Shown: positions 41,578 through 52,269, numbered from the stretch's first letter. The stretch is 64,000 bases of DNA from an uncultured Chloroflexia bacterium (GCA_963768655.1 CAVYIM010000003.1:192001-256000), one strand, 5' to 3'. Notes: generated by a model from the sequence alone, not told the origin. Made by a program: numbers and translations.

Positions 41578-42888
41578 CTATCGCTCCTTCGCGCCCGGCC
41601 GGACCGTGGCGAGCAGCAGCACGACCGCGGCCGCCGAGCAGGCGGCGCCGAACCAGAACGGAGCCGGCGGAGCGATGGCGCTCCAGAGGATGCCGGCAAT
41701 CACCGACGCGGGCAGGACCATGGCGCCCTGAACGGAGTTGAGGATGCCGAAGGCCGTCGCGCGCAGATCCGTCGCGGATAGGTCGGCCACGAGCGCCTTG
41801 CCGACGCCCTCGCTCAGCGCGTAGTAGGTGCCGTAGGCGATCCACAGCGGCACGACCCAGACGGCCTGCGTGGCGACAGCGAAGCCGGCGTAGCAGGCGG
41901 CGTACACGAGCCAGGCGAGGGCGATCAGGCCGCGCCGACCGATTCGATCCGAGAGCGCGCCGGCCGGCCAGGCCACCACGGCGTTGGTGGCGTTGAAGGC
42001 GACGATCGTCAGCAGCAGCGCCAGCAGCGTGAGGCCCAGGTTCTGCGAGCGAAGGGCAAGGAAGGCGTCGCTCGAGTTTCCGAGCGTGAACAGAGCGTTG
42101 GCCAGGATGAAGAGCCAGAAGGTGGCCGAGAAGCGGCGCCACTCGGCGGTGCCGCCGACTATCCGCCGGAAGAGACCGACCGATTCGGTGAAAGCACCCG
42201 CGTCGGCCGGGGGACGCGAAGGCGCGGGAGCTGTGCGGACGTCTCGAACGCCCACGACTATGGTCGCCACCGCGAGCAAACCCGGCACGAGCGCCAGCAG
42301 CACCAGGACCCGAAAGGCGTCGCCAGTGAGTCGGGTCGCGTCGCCCTCCATGAGCCAGATGACAGCGGCCGCGACCAGCACGCCGACGAACGCGCCGGTC
42401 GTGTCCATGGCCCGATGGAAGCCGTAGGCCACGCCCCGGTTCTCCGGAGCGGTGGAGTCGGCGATCAGCGCGTCGCGGGGCGACGTGCGGATCCCCTTTC
42501 CCAGCCGATCGCCCACGCGGCCGAGCAGCACCACCGGCCAGACCGTCGCCACCAGATAGAGCAGCTTGGCCGCGACCGAGGTCCCGTAGCCGATCCCGAC
42601 CAGCAACCGACGCCGCCCCATCCGGTCCGAGAGCGCGCCGCTGATCAGCTTGAGAATCGAGGCCGTGCTCTCCGCCACTCCCTCGATCAGGCCGATCACT
42701 GCCGCCGGCGCGAGCAGCACGTTCGCCAGGAAGAGCGGGATCAGGTATACGAGCATCTCGCTCGAGATGTCCGTGAAGAGGCTCACGAACCCGAGCGCCA
42801 CGACGTTCCGCGTCACCCCGTGCGTCAGCGCTCTCCGCCAGCGCGGCCCGGAGTTCGGGGCTTCGGGAGTGGTCGCTGGGGCGGTCAT
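41578..42888 (-). CDS. MFS transporter
   Basis: VSLFTDISSEM, GALSDRMGRRR and DRLGKGIRTSPRDALIAD. Confidence 0.93.
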   Translation of the reverse strand: MTAPATTPEAPNSGPRWRRALTHGVTRNVVALGFVSLFTDISSEMLVYLIPLFLANVLLAPAAVIGLIEGVAESTASILKLISGALSDRMGRRRLLVGIGYGTSVAAKLLYLVATVWPVVLLGRVGDRLGKGIRTSPRDALIADSTAPENRGVAYGFHRAMDTTGAFVGVLVAAAVIWLMEGDATRLTGDAFRVLVLLALVPGLLAVATIVVGVRDVRTAPAPSRPPADAGAFTESVGLFRRIVGGTAEWRRFSATFWLFILANALFTLGNSSDAFLALRSQNLGLTLLALLLTIVAFNATNAVVAWPAGALSDRIGRRGLIALAWLVYAACYAGFAVATQAVWVVPLWIAYGTYYALSEGVGKALVADLSATDLRATAFGILNSVQGAMVLPASVIAGILWSAIAPPAPFWFGAACSAAAVVLLLATVRPGAKER

Positions 42889-43243
42889 CGAGCGGAGTCT
42901 AGCCGTCCCGCGGCGACGAAGACGCAGCGCATCGCGGGCCGAAGGACGACGCCGCGGTCGCTGCCTGCGCCGGGCGCCAGAAATGCCGCGCCGTCGCGGG
43001 CGAGCGCGGTGGGCGGTCTCTGTCGGCGCATCTCCGCTGGCCTGGCCGCCAGTGTCACGGTCGCTTCTGCTCGCCCGGCGAACGAAAACGTCCATTGGGG
43101 CCGCCATCGTCCGAAGGTGTTCGTGTGGTGAGCACATGCGACGTGCCGGCCGTGGGCGTGCATGGCGACTCGTCGTTTCCGTGCACGCGGCGAGCAGTTC
43201 TGACAGCTGAGGCCCGATCGACGCCGGAATCGGGCGGTGTCAG

Positions 43244-43275
43244 CCTGACCAGCGTCGAACCTGACCAGCGTCGAA
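43244..43275. repeat. 16-bp tandem direct repeat cctgaccagcgtcgaa x2
   Basis: Exact copies at 43244 and 43260. Confidence 0.85.
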
Positions 43276-43566
43276 ACTGTGCACCCCCATGCACCAGATC
43301 GACCTCGCTCATGCCCCGTGAACCGCAGTTGGTTGGTTGTGGTCACCGGATGCGCAGCCGGGCTCCAGAACCGCTCCAGTTGCACGATATGTGCGCCCGG
43401 TGAGCGGAGACGACATTCAGCTGCGCCGCCTGGCCGGCGTGGCTGCCGCCCGCCGCCCGTCTGCCGCACCCGCCCGCCACCGCCGCCCCTGGCCACACCG
43501 CCCGCCGCCCCCACCCGGCCGCGCCGGCGCCGCCCCGATGCTCTTCTGGCGTAAAGTTGGGCGGCC

Positions 43567-44385
43567 ATGGCAACCATCGAAATCGTGGACGTCACCGACG
43601 AAGCGCGCTTCGGGCTGATCCCGCCCTGCGCGGATCCGGCATTCGACCACCGAACCTGCGACTACTGGGAAGATGCCGATCGAGGCTCGAAGGCGCGCCG
43701 GCCGAGCTGGCTGCCGGCGGGCGCCGCCTCGGGCGCAGGTCCGGCCGGCTTTGCTGCGGGTTCGGGCGTCGCTCCCGCCAACCCGTTCGCTCCGCCGCCC
43801 AAGCGTGAGCCGAACCCATTCGCGCCGCCGCCGAAGGCTTCGGCCAACCCGTTCGCGCCGGCCTTCTCGCCGCCGGTCCGCAATCCCTTCCTCGACGAGG
43901 CGGCCGATCCGCTGGCCGACAATCCGTTCGCGCCGCGGCGCCCCGCTCGCCCGACGATCGCCGCCGAGGCGCCGCGCAAACTTCAGCTGCTTGGTCGGGG
44001 GCTCGGCATCTTCGGCAGCTACGCCAAGGTGCTACTCGCCGACGTCGAGCCCGTGGCCTACTGCCAGTTCGGACCACTGTCGGCGTACCCGCGCGCGCTC
44101 CGGACTCGGGAGCTGTACCCGAAGCTACCCGACGCCCCGCTGCCCGCGGTCATCGCCTGCATCGCCACGACTCCGGCGGTCCGCGGAGACGGCTACGCCC
44201 TGCGCCTGGTGGCGGACGTCTGTGCCGACCTGGCCGTCCGTGGCTTCGCCGCCGTGGAGGCGTACCCGGAGGCGCGCGCCGTCGCCGACGCGACGCCGGC
44301 CGCACGACCGCGGTTCTGGCTCCGCGCCGGCTTCCTGCTCGCCGTGGACGACGAGCGCTTCCCGGTCATGCGCAGGGAGCTGTAG
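43567..44385 (+). CDS. GNAT-fold-like hypothetical protein with an NPF-repeat insert
   Basis: CDYWE, VAYCQFGP, IACI....VRGDG.A..L and RGFAAVEAYP. Confidence 0.75.
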   Translation: MATIEIVDVTDEARFGLIPPCADPAFDHRTCDYWEDADRGSKARRPSWLPAGAASGAGPAGFAAGSGVAPANPFAPPPKREPNPFAPPPKASANPFAPAFSPPVRNPFLDEAADPLADNPFAPRRPARPTIAAEAPRKLQLLGRGLGIFGSYAKVLLADVEPVAYCQFGPLSAYPRALRTRELYPKLPDAPLPAVIACIATTPAVRGDGYALRLVADVCADLAVRGFAAVEAYPEARAVADATPAARPRFWLRAGFLLAVDDERFPVMRREL

Positions 44386-45057
44386 ATGCGCCTTCGGGCA
44401 GGCGGGCCCCGGACGGCGCCGCCACGGCCGCTCGCGACGCCGGCGGCCTTGCTCCTCGCGGCCGTCGTCGCCGTCTGCGTTTCGGCGTGCAGCTACAACG
44501 TCATCGCCCAGACGCCGACGCCTGAACCGACGTCCACGGGAGTGAGGCCGGGCATCGCATCGCAGGTCCCGATCGAGGCGACGCCATGGCCGAACGGAAC
44601 GATCGGGGCCTACGGATTGCGCATCGATCCGAGCCTGCTGACTAACATCCCATCGATCGTGGGCGGCAATCCGCTGGTCGAGGACGTGGAGGTGGAGAGC
44701 GGTGCCCTGGACGACTCGCACTACGCGGACGCGTTCAGCGGCTTCTACGCGGCCCACCTGGGCGACGTCACGGACCTCAACTGGGTCCAGGTGAACCTCG
44801 CCGCGCTCAAGCCCGATGCCCAATCGCAGGATTTCTACACGTCCTGGCGCGACGACTGGTTCAATGCCACCTGCTCTCAGGCCGACGGCATCGGGTCGAC
44901 GAGTGTTCAGCAGATCAACGACTGGTCGGTCGACGTTGCGGTCTGCAGCGGCGGCGTCGATGCGTACACCCTCAGCCTGGACAACGGCGTCCTCGTGTCG
45001 ATCGCGGACTTCGGGCCTCGGCGCCTCGGCAAGGAGCTGATCGAGGGCATCAACTAG
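44386..45057 (+). CDS. Hypothetical lipoprotein
   Basis: Signal peptide with VSAC lipobox followed by a TP linker. Confidence 0.7.
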   Translation: MRLRAGGPRTAPPRPLATPAALLLAAVVAVCVSACSYNVIAQTPTPEPTSTGVRPGIASQVPIEATPWPNGTIGAYGLRIDPSLLTNIPSIVGGNPLVEDVEVESGALDDSHYADAFSGFYAAHLGDVTDLNWVQVNLAALKPDAQSQDFYTSWRDDWFNATCSQADGIGSTSVQQINDWSVDVAVCSGGVDAYTLSLDNGVLVSIADFGPRRLGKELIEGIN

Positions 45058-45271
45058 ATCTCGAGCAGCCTACGCTCCGCGATGGGCCCGTCCGGCTTCG
45101 GGCAGCGGTTCACAACGCCGCTGAGTTCTGCCCCTGGACCGCTGGCATAGCGCTGTCTCCGTTGGAAACCCGATTCTCCACCTCCAATGGGCCGATGACG
45201 TTCGGCCCGGACCGGAGCAAACTGAGGGCAAGCGAACCGGCCGGATCAGGCCCCTTCTTCGGAGGCTTTCG

Positions 45272-46969
45272 ATGGCGATCGAGACCGGCGCCTCGTCGGG
45301 CGCCACGGGCAAGTCAGGACCACGGAAAGTGCGCGCGCCGCGCGGTCCGGAGCGCAGCTGCAAAGGTTGGGCCCAGGAAGCGGCGCTTCGAATGCTGATG
45401 AACAACCTCGACCCCGAGGTTGCCGAGCGCCCGGACGATCTCGTCGTCTACGGGGGAACAGGCCGCGCCGCCCGAAGCTGGGATGCCTTCGACGCCATCG
45501 TGCGCGAGCTGCGCCGCCTGGAGAACGACGAGACCCTCCTCGTCCAGTCGGGCAAGCCCGTCGGCGTCTTCCGAACGCACGAATGGGCGCCGCGCGTGCT
45601 GATCGCGAATTCGAACCTGGTCGGCAAGTGGGCGAACTGGGACACGTTCCGTGAGCTGGAGCGAGCCGGCCTGACCATGTACGGGCAGATGACGGCGGGC
45701 TCCTGGATCTACATCGGCACGCAGGGAATCCTGCAGGGCACGTTCGAGACGTTCGCCGAGCTGGCCCGCCAGTATTTCGGCGGGACGCTGAAGGGCCGCG
45801 TCACGCTGACCGCCGGCCTGGGCGGCATGGGCGGCGCGCAGCCGCTCGCCATCACCATGAACGAGGGAGTGGCGCTGGTCATCGAGGTGGACGAGGCCCG
45901 GGCGCGGCGGCGCCTCCAGATCGGCTACGTCGACCGCCTGACTCGGGACATCGACGAAGCGCTCGCCTGGGCGCGTTCGGCGGCGTCCGAGGGGCGCGCC
46001 GAATCCATCGCCCTGGTGGGTAACGCCGCCGAGATCGAGCCGGCACTGGTGCGCCGGGGCGAGCGTTTCGACGTGGTCACGGACCAGACCTCCGCCCACG
46101 ACGCGCTCAACGGCTACGTGCCGGCCGGGGTCTCCCTCGAGGAGGCAGCGGAGCTGCGGCGCCAGAACCCCGACGAGTACGTCAGTCGCTCGATGGCATC
46201 GATGGTGCTCCACGTCCACGCGATGGTCACGCTGAAGGAGGCCGGCACGGTCACCTTCGACTACGGCAACAACATCCGGGCCCAGGCCCTGGCTGCCGGC
46301 TTTGCCAAGGCCTTCGAATTCCCCGGCTTCGTGCCCGCGTTCATCCGGCCGCTCTTCTGCGAGGGCAAGGGACCGTTCCGCTGGGCGGCGCTGTCGGGCG
46401 ACCCCAACGACATCCTGGCCACCGACCGCGCCATCCTTGAGCTGTTCCCGGAGAATGAATCGCTTCGGCGATGGATCGAGATGGCCCAGGCGCGGGTGCC
46501 GTTCCAGGGCCTGCCGGCCCGGATCTGCTGGCTCGGTTACGGGGAGCGCGCCCGCGCTGGCGCCGCCTTCAACGAGCTGGTCCGAACCGGGGCGGTCGGC
46601 GCGCCGATCGTCATCGGCCGCGACCACCTGGACGCGGGCTCCGTGGCGTCGCCCAACCGCGAGACGGAATCGATGCGCGACGGCTCCGACGCGATCGCCG
46701 ACTGGCCGCTCCTCAACGCCCTGGTGAACACCGCCGCGGGCGCGAGCTGGGTGAGCATCCACCACGGCGGCGGAGTGGGCATCGGGTACTCCCAGCATGC
46801 GGGCATGGTGGTCGTCGCCGACGGCACGGACCTCGCGGCTCAGAAGCTCGAGCGGGTCCTGACCACAGACCCCGGCATGGGCGTCATCCGCCACGTAGAC
46901 GCCGGCTACGAGCGAGCCATTGAGGTGGCCGGGGAGCGCGGCATCCGCATCCCGATGCGCGAGGGCTGA
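45272..46969 (+). CDS. hutU: Urocanate hydratase
   Basis: [28 protein letters not shown] and GRDHLD.GSVASP.RETE. Confidence 0.98.
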   Translation: MAIETGASSGATGKSGPRKVRAPRGPERSCKGWAQEAALRMLMNNLDPEVAERPDDLVVYGGTGRAARSWDAFDAIVRELRRLENDETLLVQSGKPVGVFRTHEWAPRVLIANSNLVGKWANWDTFRELERAGLTMYGQMTAGSWIYIGTQGILQGTFETFAELARQYFGGTLKGRVTLTAGLGGMGGAQPLAITMNEGVALVIEVDEARARRRLQIGYVDRLTRDIDEALAWARSAASEGRAESIALVGNAAEIEPALVRRGERFDVVTDQTSAHDALNGYVPAGVSLEEAAELRRQNPDEYVSRSMASMVLHVHAMVTLKEAGTVTFDYGNNIRAQALAAGFAKAFEFPGFVPAFIRPLFCEGKGPFRWAALSGDPNDILATDRAILELFPENESLRRWIEMAQARVPFQGLPARICWLGYGERARAGAAFNELVRTGAVGAPIVIGRDHLDAGSVASPNRETESMRDGSDAIADWPLLNALVNTAAGASWVSIHHGGGVGIGYSQHAGMVVVADGTDLAAQKLERVLTTDPGMGVIRHVDAGYERAIEVAGERGIRIPMREG

Positions 46970-46994
46970 GCGCCGGAGGAGCCGCCCCGCAGCT

Positions 46995-48368
46995 CTACGC
47001 CGTCGCTACCTGGGCTTCCGCCGGCTCGGCCAGCCGGTCGACCGCGCCCTTCGGACCGCCTCCGTCGATCTTGCCAACCGGCCCCGTCCCTTCGGCCCCG
47101 TCGTCGCCGCCCTCTTGTGGCATCTCATGAAGCGAGCGGAGCGGTGAGAAGAGTACCCACAGGGTCGAGGTGAACGATCCGAGCGCCGCGATGATCAGCG
47201 CGACGCGGACCGGCAGCAGGGTCGCCATCACGCCACCCGCCAGCGAGCCGATCGGGATCGTGCCCCAGACGATGAAGCGCATCGTGGCGTTCATTCGGCT
47301 CTGCATCGTCAGCGGCGTGATCGACTGGCGCAGGCTGATCTGGGCTACGTTGTAGATGACCTGAGAGAAACCGACCACGAACCAGCCGACGAAGAGCGTG
47401 ACCGCCGCCCATCCGAGGGACGCCGGCGTGAGGGTCATGAGCAGGAAGGCCGGGCAGCTCAGGGCGGCCGAGGCGATGATCGTCGGCCCCACCCCGAGAC
47501 TGCGCGGCAGGCTGTTGGAGGCCACGGCGCCGACCAGGAAGCCGAAGCTCCCCAGGCCCATGACGGTTCCGTAGAAGGCCGGCGAGAACGCCAGCTCGCG
47601 CCAGATGAGCACCGGGAAGACACCGAACAGCGCCGCGCCGAATAGATTGGAGGTGCCCGTGCAGCCGGCGATCGGTCGGAGGTATCGATCGCCCAGGACG
47701 TAGCGCAGCCCGCCGGCGATCTCGGTCCGAAGCGAGGCCGGCCGGCCGCTCTCGTCGATTGCCCGCTCGGGCTTCTCTTCGCGCTTCTTGATGGCGCTGA
47801 TGAGGCCGCCCGAGATGAAGAAGCTGAGGGCGTCGAGGACGAGGGCGAAGGGGGCCGCGACCACCTGCAGCACGTTGCCGGCGAGCGTGGGGCCGCCGAT
47901 CTGCGCAGCCGAGTAGCTGAGTTGCAGACGAGCGTTCCCTTCGACCAGGTCTTCCCGTTCTATCAGGCCGGGCAGGAACGACTGGTCGGCCACGTCGAAG
48001 AAGGCGGTGAACGTCCCGGTTACGAAAGCGACGAGAAAGAGCTGCCAGAGCGACAGGCTGCCGGCCACGTAGGAGATAGGAATGGTCATGAGCGCCACGC
48101 CGCGGCCGATGTCGGCTGCCACGAGCACCGGGCGCCGGCGAATGCGGTCGAGCCACGCCCCGGCCGGCAGCGTGAACAGCAGGAACGGCAGCATCTCGAC
48201 AGCGGCCAGCATGGAAACCTCGAACACGCTGGCGTGCAGCATGGTGAGCGCGATGAACGGCACGGCGATCAGGGTGACCTGGCTGCCGAGGACGCTCACG
48301 GTGGCGGCGGTCCACAGCTTGCGGAAGTCGCCATGACGCCAGAGCGAGGGGCGCGCGATCCCTAACAT
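46995..48368 (-). CDS. MFS transporter
   Basis: DFRKLWTAATVS.LGSQV, AGAWLDRIRRRP and RMNATMRF. Confidence 0.93.
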   Translation of the reverse strand: MLGIARPSLWRHGDFRKLWTAATVSVLGSQVTLIAVPFIALTMLHASVFEVSMLAAVEMLPFLLFTLPAGAWLDRIRRRPVLVAADIGRGVALMTIPISYVAGSLSLWQLFLVAFVTGTFTAFFDVADQSFLPGLIEREDLVEGNARLQLSYSAAQIGGPTLAGNVLQVVAAPFALVLDALSFFISGGLISAIKKREEKPERAIDESGRPASLRTEIAGGLRYVLGDRYLRPIAGCTGTSNLFGAALFGVFPVLIWRELAFSPAFYGTVMGLGSFGFLVGAVASNSLPRSLGVGPTIIASAALSCPAFLLMTLTPASLGWAAVTLFVGWFVVGFSQVIYNVAQISLRQSITPLTMQSRMNATMRFIVWGTIPIGSLAGGVMATLLPVRVALIIAALGSFTSTLWVLFSPLRSLHEMPQEGGDDGAEGTGPVGKIDGGGPKGAVDRLAEPAEAQVATA

Positions 48369-48500
48369 GCCTGTGCCATATCTCGCGGCATGGTATCCAT
48401 CGCCTCTCTCGCAGGCATTAGGCGACCCGTCTCATTCAACCTGTGCCACGATAGGCGTCGGCTACACGGGCGGGCAGTTACTTCTCGAATCGGAGGAAGC

Positions 48501-49463
48501 GTGACCAGGCTCGTCGAATCGGTCCCCAACTTCAGCGAAGGCCGGCGACTCGATGTCGTCGACAGGCTCTGCGCCGCGGTCGAGAGCGTGCCCGGCGCCC
48601 ATCTGCTCGACCGCACGAGCGACGCCAGCCACAACCGCAGCGTCCTCACGATGGCCGGCGAGGCGGCCCAGATTCTCGAGGCGCTGGAGCGGGCCTTCGC
48701 GGTCGCCGTCGCCGAGATCGACATGGAGTCGCACGTCGGTGAGCATCCCCGCATCGGGGCAGTGGACGTGGTGCCGTTCGTGCCCCTTGGCGACACAAAG
48801 ATGTCGGAGTGCGTCGATCTGGCGCGGGTCTTCGGATCCAGGGTCGCCGAGCGCTTCTCAGTGCCCGTCTACCTGTACGGTGAGGCGGCGACGACGCCGG
48901 GTCGGCAGCGGCTGGCAGACGTGCGGCGAGGCCAATACGAGGGGCTCAAGACCCAGATCGCCGAGCCCGGCCGCGAGCCGGACTTCGGGCCCGCGAGGAT
49001 GCACCCCAGCGCGGGTGCGGTAGCGGTCGGGGCCCGGCCCTTCCTCATCGCCTACAACATCAACCTGGCGACTGATGACCTGGAGCTGGCGAAGCGGATC
49101 GCACGCCGGATCCGCGAATCCAGCGGCGGGCTGCCGCGCGTCCAGGCGAACGGCTTCTGGATCGAGGAGATCGGACGAGCCCAGGTGTCGATGAATCTGC
49201 TCGACTTCCGGACGACACCGGTCTGGCTGGTCTGGGAGGCCGTTCGGGCGGAAGCCGCCGAGGACGCGGTCGAGCTAGCCGAATCCGAGCTGATCGGGCT
49301 GGCGCCGCTGGCGTCGCTGCTCGACGTGGCCGCCCATGCGGGCATACCCGCCGACCGGCCCACGACCGAACGGCTGGCCGGAGCCGCCGAGTTCCTGAAG
49401 CTGCGCGACTTCTCGCCGCTGCAGGCGCTGGAGCTGCGCCTGGAAGCAGTTCGCGGTACATGA
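48501..49463 (+). CDS. ftcD: Glutamate formiminotransferase
   Basis: LVESVPNFSEGR, HNRSVLT, HPRIGAVDVVPFVP, AYNINL and QVSMN. Confidence 0.95.
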   Translation: MTRLVESVPNFSEGRRLDVVDRLCAAVESVPGAHLLDRTSDASHNRSVLTMAGEAAQILEALERAFAVAVAEIDMESHVGEHPRIGAVDVVPFVPLGDTKMSECVDLARVFGSRVAERFSVPVYLYGEAATTPGRQRLADVRRGQYEGLKTQIAEPGREPDFGPARMHPSAGAVAVGARPFLIAYNINLATDDLELAKRIARRIRESSGGLPRVQANGFWIEEIGRAQVSMNLLDFRTTPVWLVWEAVRAEAAEDAVELAESELIGLAPLASLLDVAAHAGIPADRPTTERLAGAAEFLKLRDFSPLQALELRLEAVRGT

Positions 49464-49479
49464 GGGGAGCGAGCGTGCG

Positions 49480-50946
49480 ATGACGGGTCTGCTGGTCGAG
49501 GGTGCAAGCGGCATCGCCACGCTGGCCGGTGGTCTGCGGCGGGGCGGCGACCAGGGCGACGCCGCGGTGGTGTCCGGTGGAGCGGTCGCCGTCGCCTGCT
49601 GGGAAAGGCGGATCCTGGCCGCCGGCGCCGCCGATGAGGTCAACCGCCAGATCGCGGCCAGAGGGCTCCCGATCAACGCTTTTCGCCGTTTCGATGCGCA
49701 TGGCGGCCTCATCACGCCGGGCCTCGTCGACGCCCACACGCACCTGCTTTTCGGCGGTACGCGCGAGGGCGAGTGGCAGCTCCGCGCCCGCGGCGCCGGC
49801 TATCTCGAGGTCCTGGCCGCGGGCGGCGGGATCCTCTCGACCGTGGCCGCTACGCGCGCCGCGTCCGACGGTGAGCTGCTGGCCGGAGGCCGAGCCCGCC
49901 TGGCCCAGATGCTGGCCGGCGGGACCACGACCGCGGAAGCCAAGTCCGGCTACGGCCTGGACGTGGCCACGGAACTGCGGCTGCTGGAGCTGATCGGCCG
50001 TCTCGATCGCGAGGGCCCCATCGAGCTGGTGCCGACGTTCCTGGGCGCCCATGCCGCGCCGGCTGAATTCCGCGACCGCCCCGGTGCGGCCCGCGCGGGC
50101 GACGCCGACCGTGCGCCGGCGGCCCGCCCCAACGGCGCGGACGCGACTGAGGCATACGTCGCCAGCGTCATCGACGAGCAGCTTCCGGCAGTGGCCCGCC
50201 AGGGCGTTGCCCGCTTCTGCGACGTGTTCTGCGAGGAGGGAGTCTTCTCCGCCGACCAGAGCCGCCGCATCCTTCGCGCCGCCGCCGGCTACGGCCTGGC
50301 GCTCCGTATCCACGCCGACGAGCTGGCTCCGTCTGGCGGCGCCGAGCTGGCCGCCGAGCTGGCGGGCGCCGCGGTCGACCCGGGCGCCGCGGAACGCCGC
50401 GCCGCGGCGCTCGCGGCAGAGTCCGATCCCACGACCTGGCGCAACACCCCTGCCGCCGCGGACCCAGCGCGGCGCGGCTGTCTCTCCGCCGATCACCTCG
50501 CGGCTCCGTCTGACGAGGGAATAGGGGCGCTGGCGCGGGCCGCGGCGGACGGCCGCCCGGTCGTGGCCACGCTTCTCCCCGCCACGAGCTGGTTCCTGGG
50601 CAAGCACCATTTCGCCCAAGCCCGCCGCTTCATCGATGCCGGGATTCCCGTCGCCCTGGCCACGGACCTCAATCCGGGCACGAGCCCGACGCTCAGCCTG
50701 CCTCTGGTGATGTCGATCGCCTGCGTGGAGATGGGCCTGACTCCGGCCGAGGCACTTGTGGCGGTCACCATCAACGCAGCCTGTTCGTTGGGCCTGGGCG
50801 CGCAGATCGGCTCCCTCGAACCGGGCAAGCAGGCCGACATGGTCATCTGGGATGTGCCGACCGTCGAGCAGATTCCCTACTGGCTCGGCGCCCGCCTCGC
50901 CCGGACGGTCGTGAAGCGCGGGAGCATCGTCTCGGAACGCAGCTGA
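49480..50946 (+). CDS. hutI: Imidazolonepropionase
   Basis: PGLVDAHTH, GGGILSTV, EAKSGYGL, HADEL and ATDLNPG. Confidence 0.96.
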   Translation: MTGLLVEGASGIATLAGGLRRGGDQGDAAVVSGGAVAVACWERRILAAGAADEVNRQIAARGLPINAFRRFDAHGGLITPGLVDAHTHLLFGGTREGEWQLRARGAGYLEVLAAGGGILSTVAATRAASDGELLAGGRARLAQMLAGGTTTAEAKSGYGLDVATELRLLELIGRLDREGPIELVPTFLGAHAAPAEFRDRPGAARAGDADRAPAARPNGADATEAYVASVIDEQLPAVARQGVARFCDVFCEEGVFSADQSRRILRAAAGYGLALRIHADELAPSGGAELAAELAGAAVDPGAAERRAAALAAESDPTTWRNTPAAADPARRGCLSADHLAAPSDEGIGALARAAADGRPVVATLLPATSWFLGKHHFAQARRFIDAGIPVALATDLNPGTSPTLSLPLVMSIACVEMGLTPAEALVAVTINAACSLGLGAQIGSLEPGKQADMVIWDVPTVEQIPYWLGARLARTVVKRGSIVSERS

Positions 50947-51040
50947 GCAGCCGACCCTCGCGACCGTGCAGCAGAGGCCGGCTTCGTGACGCGCTCGAGG
51001 TCGATCGGTGTCTGCCGGAGTTGGCCCCTGAGCGCCGTCC

Positions 51041-51715
51041 CTAGACCTTGCCGCGCTGCTCCAGCAGAACCGTGGTCACCTCCGCCGGCAGCGATGAGGG
51101 CATGAGAGCCAGCTTCGACTGCAGCGCCGGTGCCGCCGACACGCCCATCTCGTGCAGGAACTTGGCCAGCGCCTCACCCGCGTCGGCATCCTCACATACG
51201 AGCATCGGCACGACGACCTTGGCGTCGAGTTGGGCTACCAGTTCGGCGCCCTTGGTGGTGGAAAGCGTGCCGCCCACGGGAATGCAGACCACGTCGACCG
51301 GCCCGATGTCGGTCAGCTTGTCCTCCGTGAGCAGGTGTCCGATGTCCCCCAGGTGGATGACGTGGACGCCGTCCAATTCGACCATGAAAGCGATGTTGCG
51401 GCCGCGCTCGGCGCCCTTCTGCTCGTCCCGATAGGTCTTGACGCCCGTGATCAGAACGTCCTTCACCTCGTACTCGCCGGGCCCGTCGAGGCAGAACGCG
51501 TCTTCAAGGCTGCCCGGCAGCAAAGTCGAGCCGTCACGTGAAAGGCGGCCCTTCGCCTTGGGGTGTGGTGTGTCGTCGGGGTGGCTGTAGGTGACGATGT
51601 CGCCGGTGATGCCGCGACCAGTCGGCCCGACGACCGCCTGATATGCGTCCGCGACCACGACCGCGTCTTTGCTGCGCATGCGCACGCAGGTGCGCCCGTA
51701 CCAGGTGAGTTCCAT
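51041..51715 (-). CDS. MBL-fold metallo-hydrolase-like protein
   Basis: MELTWYG..C, GPGEYEV, HLGD.GH and IPVGG; the metal motif is degenerate (YSHPDDTPH). Confidence 0.85.
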   Translation of the reverse strand: MELTWYGRTCVRMRSKDAVVVADAYQAVVGPTGRGITGDIVTYSHPDDTPHPKAKGRLSRDGSTLLPGSLEDAFCLDGPGEYEVKDVLITGVKTYRDEQKGAERGRNIAFMVELDGVHVIHLGDIGHLLTEDKLTDIGPVDVVCIPVGGTLSTTKGAELVAQLDAKVVVPMLVCEDADAGEALAKFLHEMGVSAAPALQSKLALMPSSLPAEVTTVLLEQRGKV

Positions 51716-51860
51716 GGACTGATTCTTGCACAAGCCGATCGTGGCCCGCTTATCCCCGGCTCGCCCCACCTGACAGGCCCGAAACGAACATGCCTGCCTC
51801 GCCGACGCGTTCCACTCCGCTCGGCGGCCCGCGCGCCACTCGACCTCCACGGTCACCCCA

Positions 51861-51904
51861 CAAAAGGAGGACCGGAGGCGCCTGCCCAATCGGCACCTCC
51901 GGTC
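51861..51904 (-). terminator. Intrinsic terminator-like hairpin with a U-rich tail
   Basis: 13-bp stem gaccggaggtgcc/ggcgcctccggtc (one G-U pair on the minus strand) followed by ctccttttg. Confidence 0.65.
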
Positions 51905-52269
51905 GGAGGGAGGGAGGATGGAACCTCAGGAGGCTCGTCCAGTGTTCCGCTTCAGAATCTAGCCCGAGTCGATGAAAAGGGGGTCCGCCAGAAGGTTAAG
52001 AAACGCACACCCTGGAACAGGCGCCCCGGAGGCGGACAGGCGGGCCCGACCGAAGGTTCCGGCGGCTGGCGTCCGGACGCCGGGGCCACGACGGCAGCCC
52101 GGCTGGCCGGGACGAACTCACCCGGTCGTCAGCCCCAGGCGGCTCAGCGCTCGGCCGGCGGCTCGGCCGGCCGAGCGCTCGCCCGGCCGGCGGGTCGGGC
52201 AGGTCCGATCGGGCATTCGGCCGGACCGGCGCACAGCGGCACCTTGCGACGCCTGGCAGAATGCGCGAC

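Noticed and set aside
45070-45260. Hut-specific riboswitch or antiterminator upstream of hutU
   Set aside because: Hairpins are present, but no recognisable HutP UAG repeats, HutC operator or U-tailed terminator
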